The notes: generated by a model from the sequence alone, not told the origin. DNA of 64,000 bases from Candidatus Helarchaeota archaeon (GCA_019058315.1 JAHPZH010000004.1:224001-288000), one strand, 5' to 3'. Numbered from the stretch's first letter, positions 19,529 through 29,684 are shown. Program-made: numbers and translations.

Positions 19529-20770
19529 CTATTTATGAAAACCTACATATTCAACTTTATTTTCTAATTCTCCTTTCTCTAAATTCTTAAACGCTTGTTT
19601 AATAATCCAACATTGGTCATCAACAGAAACATCTCTACCACCAACCCCACCAATCACAGGCATAACTATAGGTCTTTCTTCAAGATAATAGAGTGCTGAT
19701 TTTAAATCTACAGAAGCACAACCACCATAAAGACTAAACCCCATATTACGTTCCAAGGTAGCAAAAACTTTTATTTTTTTAGCTAAATTTTGAAAATCTT
19801 CAGTTGGAAAAGGTTTATAAGCTCTTAATTTAACCGCTCCAACTTTATAACCTTCATCTCTCATCCTATCTACTGAGTATTTAGCTTGATCTGCTAAATT
19901 TCCCATGCAAACAAGGGCGACTTCAGCATCGTTACATTTATATTCCTCTATCAAAGCTCCATGATAGCGCCCAAATTTTTTCTTAAATTCTTCAGCAACT
20001 TCTTTAATAACAGTTTTTGAATTTAACATAGCTTCATCAATTAGTGAACGAAATTCAAAGTACATAGAACCTGGAGTGGCAGTAGCTCCACCAGGATTTT
20101 GTAAATTGCCATGAGAAATTGGTCTTTCTGGATCTAAAAAGATGTGGGGCCAACCATTTTTCGGAATCTCTGGTAGAAAATCATCCACATCTGCTTGGTC
20201 TGGCATATCTACTGGTGTATTCATGTGGCTTAACATAAAACCCTCTAAACAAACCATTATAGGTAGAAATACTCTAGGATCCTCTGCTATCTTGTAAGCC
20301 TGTATTATTGTGTCAAAGATTTCTTGGTGGTTTGATGCAAAAAGAATAAGCCATCCGCTATCCCTTTCTGCAATAACGTCTTGATGATCTCCCCAAATAT
20401 TCCATGGAGGGGCTATACCACGGTCTGAAATGGCAGTTACTATCGGTAACCTTGTAGCACTTGCCCAATGTAACATCTCTGTCATGTATAATAATCCTTG
20501 ACCTGCGGTTGCAGTAAAAGTCCTTGCACCCGCATAACTAGCTCCTACTAAAAAACCCATTACACTATGTTCACTTTCGACACGGACATATTCCGCATCC
20601 ATTTCTCCAGCATCTACAAAATCGGAAAGTTTTTCTACTATAACAGTCTGTGGTGTGATAGGATATGCCGATATTACTTGTACTTTAGCATATCTGGCTG
20701 CCCAAGCGACAGTTGCATTACCAGAAATTATTCTAGTTGTTGGTTTTAAATCAGATTTTACTTTTGTCAT
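19529..20770 (-). CDS. porA: Pyruvate/2-oxoacid:ferredoxin oxidoreductase alpha subunit
   Basis: AYPITPQT, VESEHS, TATAGQGL motifs. ATG at 20770 preferred over the track start at 20797. Confidence 0.93.
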   Translation of the reverse strand: MTKVKSDLKPTTRIISGNATVAWAARYAKVQVISAYPITPQTVIVEKLSDFVDAGEMDAEYVRVESEHSVMGFLVGASYAGARTFTATAGQGLLYMTEMLHWASATRLPIVTAISDRGIAPPWNIWGDHQDVIAERDSGWLILFASNHQEIFDTIIQAYKIAEDPRVFLPIMVCLEGFMLSHMNTPVDMPDQADVDDFLPEIPKNGWPHIFLDPERPISHGNLQNPGGATATPGSMYFEFRSLIDEAMLNSKTVIKEVAEEFKKKFGRYHGALIEEYKCNDAEVALVCMGNLADQAKYSVDRMRDEGYKVGAVKLRAYKPFPTEDFQNLAKKIKVFATLERNMGFSLYGGCASVDLKSALYYLEERPIVMPVIGGVGGRDVSVDDQCWIIKQAFKNLEKGELENKVEYVGFHK

Positions 20771-20774
20771 ATTC

Positions 20775-21113
20775 TTAATCCTCCACTTTTTTTTCACGAA
20801 TTAACGTTATTGCCTTTTTCGGGCATTCATGAGCACAAATTCCACATCCTTTACAGTAATCATAATCAATTTCTGTAAATTCATCATCGCTAATATCAAT
20901 ACAACCTTCTGGACAATAAGCCCAGCACAAATAGCATTTATTACAATTTGATTTATCGATTACTGGACGAAAAGTTCTCCAATCACCTGTCACACCAAGA
21001 CTACCTTCACTGGGGACTGCAATTGGAACAGGTGGAAGATCTTTAACTTTGACTTCATCTGGAACTTTTCGCCAAGCTTTAAACGGTTTTCTTTTCTTTA
21101 CTTCATTTGTCAT
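20775..21113 (-). CDS. porD: 2-oxoacid:ferredoxin oxidoreductase delta subunit (2x[4Fe-4S])
   Basis: TGDWRTFRP, CNKCYLCWAYCP, YCKGCGICAHECP. Confidence 0.93.
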   Translation of the reverse strand: MTNEVKKRKPFKAWRKVPDEVKVKDLPPVPIAVPSEGSLGVTGDWRTFRPVIDKSNCNKCYLCWAYCPEGCIDISDDEFTEIDYDYCKGCGICAHECPKKAITLIREKKVED

Positions 21114-21132
21114 ATTATCATACTCTCTTTCT

Positions 21133-21732
21133 TTATTTTGAACATTTTAATCTATCATAAGCAAGTTCTACTGCTTTAACATTTAATCCGCCCCATTCAC
21201 CTTTCCATTTAGCTCCTAAAGTGTTAACTAAATATTCTAATTTGACAAGACCAGTAGCCTTAGCCATAGCTCCTAACATAGGTGAATTTACAACACTTTG
21301 CCCTGCAACTTCTAAATTTAATTCAATAGAAATTCCTGTAGCATCTACTGTGCAAATTTTTAATCCATTATTTTTCAAAGTTTTTTGGATTTCTTGCGGT
21401 GATCTTGTAGAATTTAGAATTAATGTCCCATTATCTTTAAGACCATCTAAAACAACCTGACTATATTTTATGAATAAGCTGGGATCTAACACCACAACTA
21501 TATCTGGATTATATATTTGGCTGTGAATTCGTATTTGTTCTTGTGAGATTCGGGCGAAAACTCTAATTGGAGATCCTCTACGTTCTGCACCTATTAATGG
21601 TATAGATTGGACTCCAGCGTAACCCTGCTTATGAGCAGCTTGTATAAACAAGTTTGCAGCAGTCACGGTGCCCTGGCCTCCGCGACCATGCATTCTTATT
21701 TCATAGATTTCCTTTTTTTCCATTTCTTTCAA
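21133..21732 (-). CDS. porG: 2-oxoacid:ferredoxin oxidoreductase gamma subunit
   Basis: EIRMHGRGGQG, GAERRGSP, NSPMLGA. Confidence 0.93.
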   Translation of the reverse strand: MKEMEKKEIYEIRMHGRGGQGTVTAANLFIQAAHKQGYAGVQSIPLIGAERRGSPIRVFARISQEQIRIHSQIYNPDIVVVLDPSLFIKYSQVVLDGLKDNGTLILNSTRSPQEIQKTLKNNGLKICTVDATGISIELNLEVAGQSVVNSPMLGAMAKATGLVKLEYLVNTLGAKWKGEWGGLNVKAVELAYDRLKCSK

Positions 21733-21771
21733 CTTCTATAGGGAGATATAAAAATTTTATAAAAATCTCAC

Positions 21772-21800
21772 GCCTTTAAGTTATTTTATAACTTAAAGGC
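21772..21800. promoter_or_regulatory. Perfect 13-bp inverted repeat upstream of the por operon
   Basis: GCCTTTAAGTTAT-TTT-ATAACTTAAAGGC. Confidence 0.55.
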
Positions 21801-22042
21801 ACTTATATTAAAACAATAATAATAAGGACGACAAGGAGAAGAACTATATTTGTGACTGAAAAGTAGTTTTTTATTTTTATATTCAAATTTAGCTCATTCA
21901 ATTTTTAATTTTCTCCAAAGTGTCGTACAATAACTTAAAAACTAATTATAACATAGTTTTAACAAAAATATTTAAAACTTTCTGTTAAATTTCAGAATCT
22001 TATAAAAATAAATAATCTTATTCATGTTAAAAAAAAAATAAT

Positions 22043-22603
22043 TTAAACAAAAATAAAAGTAAATTCCTCGTCTCCGCCAATAAATTCTGATTTTCTTCCC
22101 CATAAAATTATTAAATTAGACATTATTTCAAAGTTCATACTAGTTTTAATTTTTAGTTTTGTTCCTTCCGGGAAATGCCATATACAGTGGCAATCATATT
22201 CTAATTCTTCTTTAGGAGTCCAAGTTCTATAAATATTTTTGTTATTCCTACCTATTTTAAAATCTCCCTTAAAATCGATTAACCAAGTTATGTAGGGCAG
22301 GTCCTCAGAACCTCGATGCCCAATATCAACGTGTACGACCTTTGGATTTACTTTTTTATTATTAATATAATTTTTCTCTTCTCCTAGAAAATTTTGCATA
22401 TTATTCCACAATTTTTCAATTTCTTCATTAAAATCCAATTGATTAGTTTCGTGGCAAAGATTTGCATAGAATCCATCCGGGTCATAATAATCGTATTGTA
22501 ATAATTGGTGGATCTCGCCATCTCTGGCTACGTTAAAATAAGCATAAGCATAAATTGGGGTTATATTTTCGTCAGATTTTTTCTTTCTATTATTCATTCT
22601 CAC
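22043..22603 (-). CDS. Hypothetical protein
   Basis: ORF track 186 aa; globular-looking composition. Confidence 0.75.
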   Translation of the reverse strand: MRMNNRKKKSDENITPIYAYAYFNVARDGEIHQLLQYDYYDPDGFYANLCHETNQLDFNEEIEKLWNNMQNFLGEEKNYINNKKVNPKVVHVDIGHRGSEDLPYITWLIDFKGDFKIGRNNKNIYRTWTPKEELEYDCHCIWHFPEGTKLKIKTSMNFEIMSNLIILWGRKSEFIGGDEEFTFIFV

Positions 22604-22706
22604 TCATCATTTTTTTTCATTTAGTTTAAAACGGATCAAAACATTTTTAGTATGAAAGATCTACTTAAAAAAAGTATAATCTACTATAAATTAGGAAGAT
22701 AATAGC

Positions 22707-23162
22707 ATGAGTCTTGAAAATATAAAAATTGCAGATAGAATAATCTTATTAGGGAAAAAAATTAAGATGGATATCGATAAGACTCTACTGGTAGCGTCTA
22801 GAAAATATAATATGGACTTAACAAAATCGATTTTAAATTATTCTGGCAGTTTAGTTAAAGAAAAAATTGATGAAATAATAAATGAAGAAGCTGAAAAATT
22901 TAGATATATAAGAATTTTAGTTGATTTCGGTGTATGCGAATCGGAACTCGATAAAATATTAAGCTTTGCTAAAAATATTAAAGATAATTTGGCTACAGAA
23001 CTTCCCACAGGATATGATATTTCAAATTTATCAATTTCGGTTAATGATTCTATGAAATTGATTATAATTCAATTTCCAGCCAAATGGGGAGTTGAATTAG
23101 TGGATGATTATAGAAAAAATTTCATGGAAAGATTAAGACAAAATGATATTGTCAAAATTTAA
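22707..23162 (+). CDS. Hypothetical protein upstream of sepS
   Basis: ORF track 151 aa; SD-like AGGAAG before the ATG. Confidence 0.75.
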   Translation: MSLENIKIADRIILLGKKIKMDIDKTLLVASRKYNMDLTKSILNYSGSLVKEKIDEIINEEAEKFRYIRILVDFGVCESELDKILSFAKNIKDNLATELPTGYDISNLSISVNDSMKLIIIQFPAKWGVELVDDYRKNFMERLRQNDIVKI

Positions 23163-23215
23163 TTAAAACACTATTTTAAACCCTATTTTTAATGTCCACG
23201 ATTGAGTGAATTTTA

Positions 23216-24766
23216 TTGAAATTTAAAATTAAAGATATAAAAGATTTAAGTAATGAAGATTATGAAAAGGCATGGATTGAAACCCAGAAATTACTTAAAA
23301 ATAATGGAAAACTTTTCTCATTAAGTAAAAAAGGCAAATCTCACATTTTATATGATACTATTGAAAAAATCAGAAGAATTTTAATTGACTTTGGATTTGA
23401 AGAAATTGTTTTACCTATGATAGTGGAAGATTCAATTGTTTATAAGGAATATGGTCCCGAAGCAGCATTAATTTTAGATAGATTATTTTATTTAGCCGGT
23501 ATAATACGCCCTGATATCGGAATTTCTAAAAATAAAAAAGAAATGATAAATAAAATTATTGTTAATTTTCAAAAAATTGATTTACTTCAGACTATTTTTA
23601 AGGAATTTAAAAAGGGAAAGATTGAAGCCGATGACTTAATTGAAGAGATGGTTTTAAGATTAGATATCAAACCAGAACAAGCAACTAAATTAATCGATGA
23701 AGTTTTTCCAGAGTTTAAAAACCTAACCCCTGTTCCCTCAAACCTAACCCTACGTAGTCATACTACTGCACTTTGGTTTCCTGTTTTGGAAACATTACAA
23801 AAGAGTTCAGAATTACCAATACAACTCTTCCATATTGGACAAAAATTTCGTAGAGAACAACATTTGGATAAAACTCATCTTTATTCTTCATATACTGCTT
23901 CTCTTGTTATTGAGTCAGAAAATATTTCATTAGATGATGGAAAAAGAATTTCTGCAGAAATTTTTAAAAAACTAGGGTTTGAGGAGGTAAAATTTGAAAT
24001 AAAAAAAGCCACATCAAAGTATTACGCACCTCAAATGGAATTTGAAGTGTTTATTAAACATGATAATGAATGGTTAGAAATTGGGGATGGCGGTTTTTAT
24101 AGTCCTGTAAGTTTGGCTAAATTCAACATAGAATATCCCGTTTTTAACTTAGGTTTAGGAATTGAAAGGTTATGTATGATTGAAACAGGAATAACCGATA
24201 TTCGAGAATTAGTCTATCCTTACTTTTACAAAAAAGCTGATTTTTCAGACGAGGAAATCGCTGAAAAAATTAGCTTTGAAAAAGAACCTAGAACAAAGCA
24301 AGGAAAAGAAATTATGAATTCCATAATTTTAACGGCATTAAAAAATAAAGATAAATCAGCGCCAATAGAAATCCTTGTCTGGAAAGGGGAAATTCAAGGT
24401 AAAAATATTGAAATTACTATTTGGGAATTCGATAAGGGTGCAAAATTAATAGGACCGGCTTCCTTAAATGAGATAATTGTTAGAGAAGGTTCCATTCTTG
24501 GAATATTGCCAGAAAAAAATACTAAAGGTGGCGTTTCGACAAAAATTAGATATCTAGATTCTTTAGCGGCTCATGCTGCGAGAAAAATAGAGGAATTAAT
24601 TAATTCGGATAAGGATGAAATTAAATTAAGATATCGGATTTCAAAACTAGCTTCTGATGTTAATATAAATATTCCACAAGACGTTCGCTATTTCATCACT
24701 TCAAAAAATAAGAAAATTGACCTTCGTGGACCAGTATTTATTGGAATAACAGGAAAGATTGTTTAA
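23216..24766 (+). CDS. sepS: O-phosphoseryl-tRNA(Cys) synthetase (SepRS)
   Basis: YGPEAALILDRLFYLAG..RPDIG, LTLRSHTT..WF, FRREQ..D.THL, SKYY, NLGLGIERL and C-terminal KIDLRGPVF. Confidence 0.92.
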   Translation: MKFKIKDIKDLSNEDYEKAWIETQKLLKNNGKLFSLSKKGKSHILYDTIEKIRRILIDFGFEEIVLPMIVEDSIVYKEYGPEAALILDRLFYLAGIIRPDIGISKNKKEMINKIIVNFQKIDLLQTIFKEFKKGKIEADDLIEEMVLRLDIKPEQATKLIDEVFPEFKNLTPVPSNLTLRSHTTALWFPVLETLQKSSELPIQLFHIGQKFRREQHLDKTHLYSSYTASLVIESENISLDDGKRISAEIFKKLGFEEVKFEIKKATSKYYAPQMEFEVFIKHDNEWLEIGDGGFYSPVSLAKFNIEYPVFNLGLGIERLCMIETGITDIRELVYPYFYKKADFSDEEIAEKISFEKEPRTKQGKEIMNSIILTALKNKDKSAPIEILVWKGEIQGKNIEITIWEFDKGAKLIGPASLNEIIVREGSILGILPEKNTKGGVSTKIRYLDSLAAHAARKIEELINSDKDEIKLRYRISKLASDVNINIPQDVRYFITSKNKKIDLRGPVFIGITGKIV

Positions 24767-24792
24767 TTTTATCTTAATTTTAGGAAGTGTAG

Positions 24793-26379
24793 TCTTTTCT
24801 AATTACTGGAAAGCTTAGTAATAATCGTGAATTTACGCAAAATATCAATCCAGATATTTCAATCCTCAATTTAAGAGAAAAAGAGATCTCTGAAATTGAT
24901 TTAAGAATTCTTCAAAATTGTAAAAATCTTAGAGGTCTATTTTTATCAGATAATAAAATAAAGGAATTAAATCTTGAGCCACTCCAAAAATGTCCAAAAT
25001 TTTCGGATCTTGATATATCTAATAATTTATTTAATTCTGTAAATCTCAATCCCCTACAAAATTGTAAAAATCTCAAGTCATTATTTTTAGATCATAATTT
25101 TTTGACTAGTATTAATCTTAAACCACTCAGAAATTGCACGAAACTTATCGATATTACACTATCTTATAATAAATTTGAAGAAGTGGATTTAAGCCCTTTG
25201 AAAAGTTGTAAAAACCTTGAAACACTCAATTTACAAGATAATGAATTAAAAGAACTTGATTTATCACATTTTAATAACTTCCCAAAGCTTAAATCAATAA
25301 TATTACCAACAAATCAATTGAAAGAGCTTAAATTATATAATTTTCCCAATCTTCACGATTTGGATTTGAGAAATAATAGGCTACCAGATTTGGATATTAA
25401 TCCATTGAAAAACTCTATTAAATTAATGAGGATAAATTTAAATTCTAACCATCTGACCTCTTTTGACTTTCAACCTCTTCAAAATTGTACTAATCTTGAA
25501 TATATTTATTTAGTTGATAATAAAATTAAAAAATTAAATTTGATTTCACTTCCAAATCTTCAAAATCTTAATTCAGGAAGCAATCAACTAAATGAGTTAG
25601 ATTTAACTCCAATCAAATATTCTAAAAAATTATATTCTATTATTTTGAGTAAGAACCAACTACAAGATATAAAATTAGTTGAATTACCTAATCTTGAAAC
25701 ACTTTATCTAAATGAAAATCAACTAAATTCAATAGATTTAACTCCTATTCAAGGTTGTTCGAAATTAAGCCAAATAGATCTATCATTTAATAATTTGAAA
25801 ATAATTGATCTTTCTCCTTTAAAAAAATGTAAAGACTTTCAATACTTAAATTTAAACGATAATCCCTTGGAAAAATTAAATTTAATACCACTAATGTATT
25901 GTTCTAAATTGAGGATTCTAAATTTATTTAGAACCTCTTTAAGCTCTCTGAATTTAACTCCATTGAAGCATACCACAATACAATATCTAGATTTAAGTGA
26001 ATGTAAATTGAAGAGCGTAACCCTATGTCCAATGAAAAATCTAAGTAGTCTTGATTTAAGAATTAATCAAATTTCTTCTTTAGATCTATCTCCACTCAAG
26101 CAAAGTCCTAAACTAAACACTCTATATTTGTTTAATAATCAGTTAAAAAATTTAGATCTCTCTCCTCTACAGTCTTGTATAGAATTACGAGACCTTAGAT
26201 TGACAGATAATCCAATAACATCTTTGGATATTACTCCGCTTCTCGGTTTAAAAAATCTAACATATATTGTAATTAATAATGATACCAAACTTCAAATCCA
26301 AAAATCTAAAAAAAAGAAAAAAATCAGTTCTAAAGTAGTTAGAGATTTAATTAAAAATCGATCTATTGAATGGATTTAA
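24793..26379 (+). CDS. Leucine-rich repeat protein; true start uncertain
   Basis: LxxLxLxxN repeats throughout. In-frame LRRs continue about 100 codons upstream of the track start (25102), back to a TAG at 24790-24792. Confidence 0.8.
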   Translation, partial: SFLITGKLSNNREFTQNINPDISILNLREKEISEIDLRILQNCKNLRGLFLSDNKIKELNLEPLQKCPKFSDLDISNNLFNSVNLNPLQNCKNLKSLFLDHNFLTSINLKPLRNCTKLIDITLSYNKFEEVDLSPLKSCKNLETLNLQDNELKELDLSHFNNFPKLKSIILPTNQLKELKLYNFPNLHDLDLRNNRLPDLDINPLKNSIKLMRINLNSNHLTSFDFQPLQNCTNLEYIYLVDNKIKKLNLISLPNLQNLNSGSNQLNELDLTPIKYSKKLYSIILSKNQLQDIKLVELPNLETLYLNENQLNSIDLTPIQGCSKLSQIDLSFNNLKIIDLSPLKKCKDFQYLNLNDNPLEKLNLIPLMYCSKLRILNLFRTSLSSLNLTPLKHTTIQYLDLSECKLKSVTLCPMKNLSSLDLRINQISSLDLSPLKQSPKLNTLYLFNNQLKNLDLSPLQSCIELRDLRLTDNPITSLDITPLLGLKNLTYIVINNDTKLQIQKSKKKKKISSKVVRDLIKNRSIEWI

Positions 26380-26450
26380 TAAAAATAGGAATTAAATTAG
26401 CAAAAATAATTATTATTTATATATTATTAATATTATAGAGGATAACCAAA

Positions 26451-27116
26451 ATGCCGAATGAAGTTGAGAAAAAAAAGCGAAGTTCTGCTTGGAAACGGTT
26501 CATTTATGAGTTTTTTGAACGATCAGCTTATGAACAATGGCATGACGGGGTAAATCCTTATGTAGTTCTCGATTTAGTGGGAGAAGAGCGCGAAGAAGCG
26601 GAAAATATACTAATTGAAAGTGTACAAAAGGGTGAAATGTGGCCTACAGAAGGTCTAGCAGCATTAAAATCTCAAAAAGCATTACCCATATTGAAAAAAA
26701 AATTAACAAATGCCCCTCCACCAACAAACATTCGGATTGCTTTAGCAATTGAAGAGATCGAGGGATCTGGAGAATATGTTTCAGTAATAATTGACGAGCT
26801 TCTTACAGGTTACTCCCCCTACAATAGATTGGAAGCTGCAATGAAGCTTAGGAAATTTCCTACTCAGGAGGTTATTAATGCACTCTTTAAAGGAGTTTTG
26901 GATCCTGATTATCTCGTTAGAAATCACTCATCTGAGAGCCTCCTTGAAATTCATGGTTTTGAACCCGAAATATCCGAACATCGAGAGATTTTTAAGCTTA
27001 TTTGTGCTGATAAAGAAAATTCTGGAGGACAAAATCTGCCTGAGTTATATGAAAAAGCAGCAGAAATGTTGAAAAAATTATTTAAAAATAAAAAAGGTTT
27101 AAAAAAAGGGTCATAA
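26451..27116 (+). CDS. HEAT-repeat protein
   Basis: RLEAAMKL...ALFKGVLDPDYLVRNHSSESL is a HEAT/PBS-lyase-like pattern. Confidence 0.75.
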   Translation: MPNEVEKKKRSSAWKRFIYEFFERSAYEQWHDGVNPYVVLDLVGEEREEAENILIESVQKGEMWPTEGLAALKSQKALPILKKKLTNAPPPTNIRIALAIEEIEGSGEYVSVIIDELLTGYSPYNRLEAAMKLRKFPTQEVINALFKGVLDPDYLVRNHSSESLLEIHGFEPEISEHREIFKLICADKENSGGQNLPELYEKAAEMLKKLFKNKKGLKKGS

Positions 27117-27164
27117 ATACGATATTTTTATTAAACAAAGTAAATAATTAAGAGAAATAATAGA

Positions 27165-27857
27165 TTGAATAACAATATTAGAAATTTTTTATTATATCTA
27201 CAAAAATTTGGTAGTAATGAGCAAAAACTCAGAGAAATTCAAATTATAGATGCCAAAAAGATAGTTTTAGAAGATGGTTTTTCTTATCCACCTTCGACAA
27301 TTGCTGGAATTGACGCTGCTTATATTAATAATACTGCTTATACTGCTTGTGTCACTCTTAATTTTAAAAATTTGAAAATTTTAGAGGAAAAAGTCATAAA
27401 AACCGAATTACAATTCCCTTATAAATCTGGTTTTTTTATTTTTAGAGAAGGTCCCCCAATATTAGATGTTCTTTCTAAATTAAGAATTATTCCAGATGTC
27501 ATTTTAATCAATTCACATGGGATTAGCCACCCTCTAGGAATTGGTGCTGCATCTCATATTGGGATTTTAATTGAAAAATCGACAATAGGGGTTGCACAGA
27601 ATCTATTATGTGGGAATGTTGAAACTCCTAAGATAAAAGGTAATTATAATCCTATTAATTTTAAAAATAAAATTGTTGGGTTTGCATATTTGTCTCAAAT
27701 AAATACAAAACCAATTTATATCTCTCCAGGACATCTAATTACCCTAGAAACTTCAATAAAAATCATTAAAAATACAATACAAACTCATAAATTACCAGAA
27801 CCATTAAGATTGGCTCACGAATTAGCAAATTTAGCTAAATCCCAACAATTAATTTAA
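27165..27857 (+). CDS. nfi: Endonuclease V family protein with a divergent active site
   Basis: AGID, FPY..G...FREGP, HP.G.G.ASH.G, PIYISPGH, LPEPLRLAH. Confidence 0.88.
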   Translation: MNNNIRNFLLYLQKFGSNEQKLREIQIIDAKKIVLEDGFSYPPSTIAGIDAAYINNTAYTACVTLNFKNLKILEEKVIKTELQFPYKSGFFIFREGPPILDVLSKLRIIPDVILINSHGISHPLGIGAASHIGILIEKSTIGVAQNLLCGNVETPKIKGNYNPINFKNKIVGFAYLSQINTKPIYISPGHLITLETSIKIIKNTIQTHKLPEPLRLAHELANLAKSQQLI

Positions 27858-27913
27858 TAAATCAATTTTTAATGTTATTATAAAAAGAAAAAATAGTTTG
27901 AAGATGGGCTATT

Positions 27914-28600
27914 TTGAGTAGTGAGCTTTGGTTTTCTCTTTTTATTTTAGCGAAATTAGGTGCAATAAATAAAAAAATCGAGATCTCTTCAACAAAATTT
28001 TCTAAAGAAATATCCGCTAGTCAACAAACTGCTTCAAGGCGGATAATTGAACTTGAAAAACTCGGTTGGATCTCTCGTGAACCTCATGGTACTGGACATT
28101 ACCTTCAAATTACAAAATCAGGGAATAATCAGCTTAAGGATGTTTATAATATTCTAGGAAGTATTTTTGAACCAAAACAAAAATCCATAGAAATTGAAGG
28201 AGAATTATTTACAGGAATGGAAGAGGGAGGATATTATGTTAGCCGTGAAGGCTATAAAAAACAATTCATAAAAAAATTGGGTTTTAAAGATATTTATCCA
28301 GGAACTTTAAACTTAGAATTGACAACAGAAGAAGATATAAAAAATCGGAAAATTCTTCTAGATAGAAAAGATTTAGGGATTGTCATTGAGGGATTTAAAA
28401 ACAAAGATCGGACGTATGGCAATGTGATTTGTTTTAAATGTAAAGTTAATGAAAAAATTGATGGAGCACTATTGGAAATTGAAAGAACTCATCATAAAGA
28501 AACCGTAATCGAAATAATTGCGCCGTTCCATATCAGAACTGCTCTAAATATTAAGGATGGGGATAAAGTCAAAATTAGAGTATTTTTAAATAACTTTTAA
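27914..28600 (+). CDS. ribK: CTP-dependent riboflavin kinase with N-terminal HTH
   Basis: SQQTASRRI HTH; G.EEGGYY, YPGTLN, ERTHH, EIIAP. Confidence 0.92.
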   Translation: MSSELWFSLFILAKLGAINKKIEISSTKFSKEISASQQTASRRIIELEKLGWISREPHGTGHYLQITKSGNNQLKDVYNILGSIFEPKQKSIEIEGELFTGMEEGGYYVSREGYKKQFIKKLGFKDIYPGTLNLELTTEEDIKNRKILLDRKDLGIVIEGFKNKDRTYGNVICFKCKVNEKIDGALLEIERTHHKETVIEIIAPFHIRTALNIKDGDKVKIRVFLNNF

Positions 28601-29070
28601 GAATAAAATCTTAATAATCTTTGTATTCTATCTTCTAATTTATCTAAAATTTTAGAAGAACTGTTTAATCCTGGTGTTCCGTATTTTTTCAATCTATAAA
28701 TTTTAATATTTGTTAGACCTCGTTTTTCTAATTCTCTCCTTAAGTGGTCACTATCAATTTTCTGATCATATCCCAGAGCAATAATATCAGGTTTGCATTT
28801 TTCCACTATCTTTAAATGATCCGGACCTTCTGAACCAAGGTATACAGCATCGACAACTTTTAACGACTGTATTAAAGCTAATCTCTCTTCTTCTGGAAAA
28901 ATTGGATCATGTCCCTTCTCCTTTATAACTGTAGAATCTCTTGCAATTACAACAATTAATTCTACATTATCGCCTCCTAATGCCCTTGCTTGTTCTAATA
29001 ATCTAACATGCCCAAAATGAAGAATATCAAAAGTACCAAATGCCATTACTTTGATTTTTTTTGAGGGCAT
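28597..29070 (-). CDS. ribL: FAD synthase (cytidylyltransferase family)
   Basis: GTFDILHFGH, VVIARD, PDIIALGYDQ, SSSKI; convergent with ribK. Confidence 0.85.
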   Translation of the reverse strand: MPSKKIKVMAFGTFDILHFGHVRLLEQARALGGDNVELIVVIARDSTVIKEKGHDPIFPEEERLALIQSLKVVDAVYLGSEGPDHLKIVEKCKPDIIALGYDQKIDSDHLRRELEKRGLTNIKIYRLKKYGTPGLNSSSKILDKLEDRIQRLLRFYS

Positions 29071-29282
29071 TGTTTTTCGGTCTCAAAAAGTATTTTTTCT
29101 CAAATTTAATGTTGAGGAATCTAATTTATCTGCTATTTTTAATTTTCAAAATTGAATTAAAAAGATTATTTCTTAAGGCTCAATCAATTAGAGCAATTTC
29201 GTAAATCTTTTTAAATATAGATTAATTTATTTTTCTTAAGCAAATTTATTGCTTATTAATTAAAAATTAACTAGGATAAGTT

Positions 29283-29388
29283 GGGCTCGTAGCTCAGTTT
29301 GGTAGAGCACCGGGCTCTTAACCCGATGGTCGCGGGTTCAAAAAACTCTCATAAATTGAGGTTTGAACTAACCCCGTCGAGCCCGCCA
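29283..29388 (+). tRNA. tRNA-Lys(CTT) with a 29-nt intron at 58/59 (29342-29370); CCA encoded
   Basis: Acceptor stem GGGCTCG/CGAGCCC; anticodon loop CT-CTT-AA; BHB with central helix GTTC/GAAC and bulges AAA and TAA; C27-A43 mismatch. Confidence 0.92.
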
Positions 29389-29399
29389 TTTTCCTTTTT

Positions 29400-29530
29400 G
29401 CCCTAGTGGCTTAGTGGTATAGCAACATAGTATCTAAAGTACTAGATTCTATGTAAAAGCCTCGTAAGCTGTAGGTCGAGGGTTCAAAATCAAAGGAAAA
29501 ATTCATTTGATGAAAATCCCTCCTAGGGCT
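29400..29530 (+). tRNA. tRNA-Thr(CGT) with two introns: about 28/29 (29427-29457) and 59/60 (29489-29516)
   Basis: Acceptor stem GCCCTAG/CTAGGGC; anticodon stem ACAGC/GCTGT restored after splicing; loop CT-CGT-AA; strict BHB TTCA/TGAA in the T arm; U73 discriminator. Confidence 0.88.
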
Positions 29531-29684
29531 CCTTTCATAAGGAAGCAAAGATAAGCCAAATAACCTTTGAAAAAATAATAAAATAGAAAATTAGTTAGGA
29601 AAATATATTAAAAATTTAACTTCAAAATAAATAAAAAGAATAAAATAATCGAATATTAATTAATTAAGAAAGTATAAAATTACC

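Noticed and set aside
21740-21930. TPP riboswitch upstream of por
   Set aside because: The conserved CUGAGA and ACCUGAU core elements were not found on the coding strand.
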